Positions 56,932 to 64,000 of a stretch of 64,000 nt of DNA are shown piece by piece. A model generated the notes under the pieces. It worked only from the letters and a program-made list of their open reading frames with translations, did not search any database and had not been told where the DNA came from. Source of the stretch: Saprospiraceae bacterium (GTDB lineage: Bacteria > Bacteroidota > Bacteroidia > Chitinophagales > Saprospiraceae). Positions within the stretch are counted from its first letter, which is position 1. Each line of letters opens with the position of its first letter. The stretch lies in contig JADZFD010000078.1 in NCBI GenBank assembly GCA_020850225.1, positions 6,846 through 70,845 of the forward strand, written 5' to 3'. The translations under genes and the position numbers were made by a program.

Positions 56932-58602
56932 ATGGCAGACAATAAGATTATTTTTTCCATGGAAGGCGTTACCAAAACATATCCTCCTCAGAAAACAGTA
57001 CTTAAAAACATATGGCTCTCCTTCTATTACGGAGCTAAAATCGGAGTACTGGGTCTGAACGGTTCCGGTAAATCATCTCTCTTAAAGATCATAGCTGGCC
57101 TGGACACCAACTTTCAGGGAAAAGTTACCTTTGATAAAGAATATAAAATTGGTTATCTGGAGCAGGAGCCTATACTGGACGACAGTAAAACCGTTCGCGA
57201 AATTGTTGAAGAAGGGGTTAGCGAAATAGTTCAGGTCGTCAAAGCTTACGAGGAAATCAATAACCGACTAATGGAACCCCTCGATGAGGACGAAATGATG
57301 AAAGCCATCGAAATCCAGGGTGAACTCATGGAAAAAATGGATGTCTTTGATGCATGGAACCTTGACCACAAGCTGGAGACTGCTATGGATTCTTTACGAT
57401 GTCCTGAGGGAAGCACGGCCATTTCAGTGTGCTCAGGAGGTGAAAAACGCCGTGTTGCGCTCTGTCGATTACTCCTAAGTCAGCCTGACATACTACTACT
57501 TGACGAACCTACCAACCACCTGGATGCAGAATCTGTCAACTGGTTGGAACAATATCTCAAGAATTTCCCTGGAACAGTTATAGCAGTGACACACGACCGT
57601 TACTTCCTCGATAATGTAGCAGGATGGATACTCGAACTCGACCGCGGAGAAGGTATTCCATGGGAGGGCAATTACTCTTCATGGCTCGACCAGAAAGCCA
57701 GACGCCTCGAACAGGAAGAAAAACACGAGTCCAAACGCAGAAAAGCACTCGAACGTGAATTGGAATGGGTACGTATGGGTGCCAAGGGACGACAGGCTAA
57801 AGGTAAGGCCCGTCTGAATGCCTATGATAAACTCAGCAATGAGGAAGTTAAAGAAAAAGAAGCAAAACTCGAATTATTCATACCACCGGGAGAGAGGTTG
57901 GGAGAAAAGGTAATTGATATCAAGGGTATTACCAAAGCTTACGGTAAACGCATCCTGATTGACAATTTTACAGCTTCCATCCCCAAAAACGCCATTGTGG
58001 GTATCATCGGAGCCAATGGAGTGGGAAAATCTACGCTATTCCGCATGATCATGGGTGTAGAACAACCTGATAGCGGTGACATAACTGTAGGTGACACAGT
58101 ACAGTTAAGCTATGTGGACCAATCTCATCAGGACCTTAAACCTGAACTATCGGTGATGGAAGCCGTCGGCAAAGGTCAGGAACTTATCATGGTTGGTAAA
58201 ACTCAGGTTAATGTACGCGCCTATCTGAGCAAGTTCAACATAGCAGGTAATGACCAGCAGAAAAAAATAGGCGTACTGTCCGGAGGAGAAAGAAACAGGG
58301 TCCATCTTGCCATGACACTTAAAGAAGGTGGCAACGTACTGCTCCTTGACGAACCTACCAACGATATAGATGTCAATACGCTACGGGCACTGGAAGAAGC
58401 CATTGAGAGTTTTGCAGGCTGTGTATTGGTCATTTCTCACGACAGATGGTTTATAGACCGGCTTGCCACACATATCATGGCATTTGAAGACAATTCAGAA
58501 GTCGTTTTCTTTGAAGGCAATTTCAGCGACTATGAAAAGGCAAAAATCGAAAGATTAGGAAATATCACATTAAAACGCCCAAGCTTCAAGAGTCTGTTAT
58601 AA
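56932..58602 (+). CDS. ettA: energy-dependent translational throttle protein EttA (ABC-F ATPase)
   Basis: It starts MADNKIIFSMEGVTKTYPPQK and has two ABC cassettes (GLNGSGKSS, LSGGEKRR; GANGVGKST, LSGGERNR). Confidence 0.9.
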   Translation: MADNKIIFSMEGVTKTYPPQKTVLKNIWLSFYYGAKIGVLGLNGSGKSSLLKIIAGLDTNFQGKVTFDKEYKIGYLEQEPILDDSKTVREIVEEGVSEIVQVVKAYEEINNRLMEPLDEDEMMKAIEIQGELMEKMDVFDAWNLDHKLETAMDSLRCPEGSTAISVCSGGEKRRVALCRLLLSQPDILLLDEPTNHLDAESVNWLEQYLKNFPGTVIAVTHDRYFLDNVAGWILELDRGEGIPWEGNYSSWLDQKARRLEQEEKHESKRRKALERELEWVRMGAKGRQAKGKARLNAYDKLSNEEVKEKEAKLELFIPPGERLGEKVIDIKGITKAYGKRILIDNFTASIPKNAIVGIIGANGVGKSTLFRMIMGVEQPDSGDITVGDTVQLSYVDQSHQDLKPELSVMEAVGKGQELIMVGKTQVNVRAYLSKFNIAGNDQQKKIGVLSGGERNRVHLAMTLKEGGNVLLLDEPTNDIDVNTLRALEEAIESFAGCVLVISHDRWFIDRLATHIMAFEDNSEVVFFEGNFSDYEKAKIERLGNITLKRPSFKSLL

Positions 58603-58933
58603 TATTCGGAAGGATTATATGCAATACTTATTATTGTACATATAAATGAACAAATATCATATTGGATTATCCTGTTTACAATGATTACAATCCATATTTT
58701 TCTTATTTTATATATTAAAGAAAATATAGAATTTGATAGCTTTAAAATACTCAATCTTACAAATTACCATATATGAGCAAGTCAAAAATCCAATTGTTGT
58801 ATAGCAATTGATTTAACACCATTTTGTAAGCTTTTCAATAAATGTCAGGATGCTAATTTTAATCATATTATTTATATAAAAAAACTGTTAACTTCGCACG
58901 CAATTATTTTAACAAGCAAAAATGTTTTAAAAA

Positions 58934-61810
58934 ATGACCTTACATTCAATATCCGGTTTTTCAAGAAGACATATCGGTATACAGGGTGCAGAAGCTGAAG
59001 AAATGCTCCAAGCAATCGGATTCAGTAGTTTAGATCAGTTGATTGACAAAACTGTACCCCAAAGTATCAGAATGTCACGCAATCTCAACATACCCAACGC
59101 ACTCAATGAGTATGAGTACCTGAAGATGTTAAAAACTGTAGCTTCAAAAAACAAGGTTTTTAAAAATTATATCGGTCAGGGTTATTATGACACCATAACA
59201 CCATCCGTAATCCTCAGAAATATTTTTGAAAATCCGGGTTGGTATACACAGTACACACCATATCAGGCTGAGATAGCCCAGGGAAGACTGGAAGCACTGT
59301 TGAATTTCCAGACGATGGTTTCTGAGCTGACAGGACTACCTATTGCCAATGCCTCTTTGCTGGATGAAGGAACAGCAGCAGCTGAAGCCATGTTTATGGC
59401 AGAATCCATTCATAACAAAAAGAAAAAAAACCAGCCGGCAACCCGGTTTTTTGTTGATAAAAACGTTTTCGCTCAAACCCTGGACGTTGTCATCACCAGA
59501 GCCAAACCACTCAATATTGAAGTTGTAACGGGTGATTGGCAAAATTTTGATTTTGACGATTCTTATTTTGGTGTATTGTTGCAATATCCGGATGTACAGG
59601 GCGAGGTACACGATTACAGAGCTTTTACATCCAAATGCAATGAGAAGGATATTCAGGTAGTAGTAGCAGCTGATATCATGGCCTTAACATCCATTGAGGC
59701 TCCAGGCAACTGGGGTGCCGACGTAGTGGTCGGCAATACGCAGCGTTTCGGTGTACCTATGGGTTTTGGCGGTCCTCATGCTGCATATTTTGCTACAAAA
59801 GAAGATAACAAGCGTTTGATACCCGGGCGTATCATCGGTGTTTCGGTTGATACACACGGAAATCCGGCACTCAGGATGGCACTTCAGACCAGAGAACAAC
59901 ATATCCGTAGAGAAAAAGCAACTTCCAATATATGTACTGCACAAGCATTACTCGCTATTATGGCAGGAATGTACGCTGTATATCACGGACCTGAAGGTAT
60001 GAAGCATATTGCAGGTAAGATACATCATCAGGCTTCCAAACTGGCAAAAGCGCTACAAAGTGGCGGATTCAATGTTATTAACACGTATTTTTTTGATACA
60101 ATAACAATTGAAACGGATAAGGCAACCTTTGACTCAGTTCGCAAGTATAGTCTGGAAGCCGGCATCAACCTGAATTATTTTGATAATGGATATGTTTCAA
60201 TTTCAGTAGACGAAACTACATTGGATGAGGATATCAAAAACCTGGTACAAGTCTTTGAACAAGTCAAAGGAAGCACAATAAATATTTCTAATACCGCTCC
60301 ATCTTCATTGGGTAGCATGGAAAGAAAGAGCGATATACTCACACACCCGGTATTCAGTATGTATCATACTGAAAGTAAAATGATGCGCTATATTAAAAGG
60401 TTGGAAAACAAAGACCTTTCACTCGTCCATTCCATGATTTCTCTGGGATCCTGTACGATGAAACTCAACGCCGCTACCGAAATGATTCCGGTATCGTGGC
60501 CTGAATTTGCATCCATTCACCCATTCGCACCAGCAGATCAAACGCAGGGATACCAGCAGATCATCCATGAACTGGAACAGTACCTGTCCGAAATTACAGG
60601 ATTTGTAGCATGTTCTTTACAGCCTAATTCAGGTGCTCAGGGAGAATACACTGGTTTACTTACGATTCGGGCATATCACGAAGATAAAAAAGATTTTCAC
60701 AGAAATGTAGCTCTGATACCTTCTTCAGCACACGGTACCAATCCTGCTTCTGCTGTACTTTGCGGCATGGAAGTAGTTGTAGTCAACTGTGATGAAAGTG
60801 GTAATGTCGATGTCGATGACCTGAAAGCCAAAGCTGTACAGCACAAGGAAAATCTCGCATGTCTTATGATTACATACCCAAGTACGCACGGAGTATTCGA
60901 GACATCCGTCAAAGAAATTTGTCAGATTATCCACGACAATGGTGGTTTGGTATATATGGATGGTGCCAATATGAATGCTCAGGTAGGATTAACGAATCCA
61001 GGTATTATCGGTGCCGATGTTTGCCATCTGAATCTGCATAAAACGTTTGCTATTCCGCACGGCGGTGGCGGACCCGGCATGGGCCCCATCTGTGTCAATG
61101 AAAAATTAGCAGCATTTCTGCCTGGACATACCATGGTATCCACAGGTGGAGACAAGGCCATTCCTGCAGTTTCTTCAGCACCATACGGCAGTGCCAGTAT
61201 ACTGCTTATATCCTACGGTTATATACGGATGCTTGGATATGACGGACTGACGGATGCGACCAAATATGCCATACTTAATGCCAACTATATCAAATCAAAA
61301 CTTGAAAAAGCTTACCCCATACTTTTTTCCGGAGAAAATGGTACCGCTGCACACGAATTAATCGTAGATTTGCGACCATTCAAGGCTGCCGGTGTGAGCG
61401 CTGAAGATGTAGCCAAGCGTCTCATGGATTATGGTTTTCATGCACCAACACTGTCGTTTCCTGTAGCCGGAACCATCATGATAGAACCGACGGAAAGTGA
61501 GGACAAGGCGGAATTGGACCGATTTATAGATGCACTTCTGGAAATACGCAAAGAAATAGACGAAGTCGCTTCCGGTAGTATGCCGGTAGATTCCAATGTA
61601 CTCTGCAATGCACCTCACACTGCATCCATAGTCTGCAACGATGCATGGCCATACGCTTATTCCCGTAAAAAGGCAGCTTATCCTTTGGAATATATAGCTA
61701 ATGGCAATAAATTCTGGCCAAGCGTAAGTAGAGTGGACAGTGCATACGGAGACAGAAACTTAATATGTGTTTGCCCTCCTATAGAAAGTTATATGAATAC
61801 CGGAGAATAA
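58934..61810 (+). CDS. gcvP: glycine dehydrogenase (decarboxylating), glycine cleavage system P protein
   Basis: 958 aa with [27 protein letters not shown] and the PLP-Lys context [18 protein letters not shown]. Confidence 0.95.
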   Translation: MTLHSISGFSRRHIGIQGAEAEEMLQAIGFSSLDQLIDKTVPQSIRMSRNLNIPNALNEYEYLKMLKTVASKNKVFKNYIGQGYYDTITPSVILRNIFENPGWYTQYTPYQAEIAQGRLEALLNFQTMVSELTGLPIANASLLDEGTAAAEAMFMAESIHNKKKKNQPATRFFVDKNVFAQTLDVVITRAKPLNIEVVTGDWQNFDFDDSYFGVLLQYPDVQGEVHDYRAFTSKCNEKDIQVVVAADIMALTSIEAPGNWGADVVVGNTQRFGVPMGFGGPHAAYFATKEDNKRLIPGRIIGVSVDTHGNPALRMALQTREQHIRREKATSNICTAQALLAIMAGMYAVYHGPEGMKHIAGKIHHQASKLAKALQSGGFNVINTYFFDTITIETDKATFDSVRKYSLEAGINLNYFDNGYVSISVDETTLDEDIKNLVQVFEQVKGSTINISNTAPSSLGSMERKSDILTHPVFSMYHTESKMMRYIKRLENKDLSLVHSMISLGSCTMKLNAATEMIPVSWPEFASIHPFAPADQTQGYQQIIHELEQYLSEITGFVACSLQPNSGAQGEYTGLLTIRAYHEDKKDFHRNVALIPSSAHGTNPASAVLCGMEVVVVNCDESGNVDVDDLKAKAVQHKENLACLMITYPSTHGVFETSVKEICQIIHDNGGLVYMDGANMNAQVGLTNPGIIGADVCHLNLHKTFAIPHGGGGPGMGPICVNEKLAAFLPGHTMVSTGGDKAIPAVSSAPYGSASILLISYGYIRMLGYDGLTDATKYAILNANYIKSKLEKAYPILFSGENGTAAHELIVDLRPFKAAGVSAEDVAKRLMDYGFHAPTLSFPVAGTIMIEPTESEDKAELDRFIDALLEIRKEIDEVASGSMPVDSNVLCNAPHTASIVCNDAWPYAYSRKKAAYPLEYIANGNKFWPSVSRVDSAYGDRNLICVCPPIESYMNTGE

Positions 61811-61831
61811 AAAATATCTGTATAACAAGCA

Positions 61832-61871
61832 AAAGAGCCTGTGCATCGCAAGAATGTACAGGCTCTTTTTT
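61832..61871 (+). terminator. rho-independent terminator after gcvP
   Basis: AAAAGAGCCTGTGCAT / ATGTACAGGCTCTTTT stem (one G-U pair), followed by TTTTTT. Confidence 0.8.
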
Positions 61872-62023
61872 ATCGTTGTATTATGCTTACATTTGCTATG
61901 AATAAATCCTGCAAATCATCCAATTGAATGTATCATATTATTGATACGTTGGATTTTGTATATTTGGCATTTCCGGATTCAATGAACGAATCCTCTCAGC
62001 ATCTTTTCAAATTGATTATGGGA

Positions 62024-62536
62024 TTACTTTACCAGATCGGCTATCTTTTTTTCCAATTCCAATTCGTCACCCGGGTTATATCCATTGTGCGAATAAACAA
62101 TCTCGCCTTTTTGATTTAATAAAAACGTCTGCGGTATCGTCTGAAAATTCAGTGCTCTCTGTAATTCCTGTTTGCTGTCTGCCAACACTGTAAATTCCCA
62201 TCCCTTACTCTTGACCATGGCAGGAACCTTGGACAATCCACGTGCATCATCAATGGTAATGGCCAGTAACTGTATATCATATTTTTCTACCCATTCATCA
62301 TATATTTCATGTATGGCGTCCAATTCTCTTTTACATGGCGTACACCAAGAAGCCCAGAACGAAACTACTGTTATTTTACCATTATTGGTATATTCCTGAA
62401 TATTAACACTTTTTCCATCGAGGGTCTTGATGGATACTGAAGGAAATGGATTATTATTGGCAAAAATGATGCTGGTAGTCACAAAAAAGCAAACTGCAAC
62501 AAATAGAGCGTGTCTGAAATTTATCATAAAAATCAA
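62024..62536 (-). CDS. TlpA/thioredoxin-family thiol-disulfide oxidoreductase
   Basis: 170 aa with a signal/TM N-terminus and the active-site motif FWASWCTPCKRE. Confidence 0.85.
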   Translation of the reverse strand: MIFMINFRHALFVAVCFFVTTSIIFANNNPFPSVSIKTLDGKSVNIQEYTNNGKITVVSFWASWCTPCKRELDAIHEIYDEWVEKYDIQLLAITIDDARGLSKVPAMVKSKGWEFTVLADSKQELQRALNFQTIPQTFLLNQKGEIVYSHNGYNPGDELELEKKIADLVK

Positions 62537-62662
62537 TTTTTATATACGACGTTTCAAAAAAAGGCTAAGTGATATTCAAAAAGAAATTTAACTATTTTTT
62601 AACCAAATCTTTATACTGAATATACCGGGATTCAGGTTCCCGATACCTATCGGAATAGTATG

Positions 62663-63646
62663 TTAATCCAGCGACTGATTGTCCGTACCTGCCCTTTTAA
62701 CCAATTCCTGATATTCCTTAGGTGTAAGGCCATCCAGACAATAGTCAATTGGGTTTATAGGATTGCCATTGTACCATACTTCATAATGCAAATGTGAACC
62801 GGTTGAGGCTCCGGTACTGCCGACCAATCCAATCTTCTGACCTTTTTTTACGACCTGACCTTCTTTGACAGAAATAGAACTCATATGGGCGTATAAGGTC
62901 TTGTATCCGTAGCCATGATCGATCAGTACATTCTTGCCATATCCACTACCTGCTTTATTTACTTCTACTATTTTACCATTACCGGTAGCCTGTATATCCG
63001 TGCCTTTAGGTGCAGTAAAGTCTATACCCTTATGGAAGCGTCTCAACTTATGAATAGGATGCATACGCATACCAAAACCAGACAAAAACTTAACTTCTCT
63101 TTTTAGCGAGGTTTCTTTTACAGGCTTAATGGAAGGAACAGATGCCAGTTTTTTCTCTCTTGTCACAGCTACTTTATACAAACTGTCCAATGAGCTTTTC
63201 TGAATATCTATTTTGAGTTTTAATTCGTCAATGCGTTTCAGATTATTGACTATTAATGCTCCTGTATTTTTATAGTTCTCCAATCCTTTATATTTATTAT
63301 GACCTCCCGTACCACCATTCCAAACGGACTCGTCTATTGGATTAGCACCCAATATCATTCTGTTTATCTCGTTATCCTTGGTATGTAGTGTCTCTATTTT
63401 GTTGGAAAGCAATTCATATTCATCCTGTAATTGAGTCAGATAAAATTCATTGGCTTCACTTTCCTTTTCCAGTAATCTCTCCTTGGGTGTAGGGAAATAT
63501 TGGTATGCCAGTACAAATAATATTACTGAAGTCAGGATAACAGTTGATATAAATGCAAAACTCTTTTTTACCTTCTCTTTTCTCGTAAGTTTATGCTCCT
63601 CATACTTGAGTGTATGTGCGTTATAAACGTATTTTACATGTTTCAT
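62663..63646 (-). CDS. M23 family metallopeptidase
   Basis: 327 aa with an N-terminal TM segment and a coiled coil. The M23 motifs are HKGIDFTAPKGTDI and GSTGASTGSHLHYEV. Confidence 0.85.
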   Translation of the reverse strand: MKHVKYVYNAHTLKYEEHKLTRKEKVKKSFAFISTVILTSVILFVLAYQYFPTPKERLLEKESEANEFYLTQLQDEYELLSNKIETLHTKDNEINRMILGANPIDESVWNGGTGGHNKYKGLENYKNTGALIVNNLKRIDELKLKIDIQKSSLDSLYKVAVTREKKLASVPSIKPVKETSLKREVKFLSGFGMRMHPIHKLRRFHKGIDFTAPKGTDIQATGNGKIVEVNKAGSGYGKNVLIDHGYGYKTLYAHMSSISVKEGQVVKKGQKIGLVGSTGASTGSHLHYEVWYNGNPINPIDYCLDGLTPKEYQELVKRAGTDNQSLD

Positions 63647-63663
63647 AAATACGGGGTTTAAAC

Positions 63664-63671
63664 CAAAATTA
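63664..63671 (-). promoter_or_regulatory. -7 box TAATTTTG (minus strand)
   Basis: Plus strand reads CAAAATTA, with 17 nt to the ATG at 63646. Confidence 0.35.
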
Positions 63672-64000
63672 AGTATATTAATAAAGGTTTGAAATACGGA
63701 ATGTCGATTAAACAGGACAAAGCTAAATATAAATTATTATTTAACAAAATAAATATATAACTATTTAATTCATACCACATATATCTAAATAAATTATATG
63801 TATATTAAATTTTTTACCAGTAGTCTTACCGTATAAAATTTGCTATTAAAAATTTTCTAAGATCTTTATCCTGACATGTACATATTTGGTGTATATAAAT
63901 CAAACTATACACTGTTGAACTTATTACTCTTTTGTTTAATTACAACGGTATATTCATCCTTTTTACCTATTTTAGAAAAATAATTTAACAACACATAATA

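Noticed and set aside
58603-58933. Possible glycine riboswitch upstream of gcvP
   Set aside because: I read the 331-nt leader on the plus strand. I did not see the conserved GGAGAG...ACCGAAGGGGCAA-type cores, and the region is almost pure AT. A covariance-model scan (Rfam RF00504) would settle it.
1-64000. CRISPR arrays, rRNA operons, IS elements or transposases, and toxin-antitoxin or restriction-type defence genes
   Set aside because: No regularly spaced direct repeats were visible in any intergenic region. No ORF has DDE/HUH transposase, recombinase, Cas or nuclease/methylase motifs. All ORFs of at least 120 aa are accounted for above.

Overview
The window looks like a chromosomal segment of a low-GC Bacteroidota genome. 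This rests on T9SS and gliding genes (gldJ, porP/sprF, porU, porV), many T9SS C-terminal sorting domains, and recurrent TAnnTTTG -7 promoter boxes. Most of it is housekeeping: clpP (partial), tig, murF, rbfA, recG, rplY/ctc, dapA, accA, ettA, gcvP, a DAHP synthase/chorismate mutase fusion, ftcD, an ALDH7-like dehydrogenase, NDH-2, pabA/trpG, a CcoI/FixI-type P-type ATPase, tRNA-Leu(UAG) and tRNA-Asp(GUC).

Two regions stand out as accessory.

(1) 38.4-47.5 kb, immediately downstream of tRNA-Asp. It holds three co-directional paralogous secreted proteins. Each starts with seven tandem ~58-aa repeats, which I predict form a 7-bladed beta-propeller, but each ends in a different export or anchoring module:
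- no sorting domain;
- dockerin-like plus cohesin-like plus a T9SS type A CTD;
- adhesin-like modules plus a T9SS type B CTD.
A small receiver-less LuxR-type regulator sits among them. A 121-aa stub of a PorP/SprF gene sits at the far edge. This is my best candidate for an undescribed surface or adhesion system.

(2) 6.8-8.9 kb is a visibly GC-richer tandem array of T9SS-CTD genes joined by 1-nt junctions. It includes a near cargo-less 134-aa member and a 59-codon truncated third copy.

I saw no CRISPR array, integrase, transposase or rRNA. All calls come from reading the sequence and ORF translations. No database search was run.
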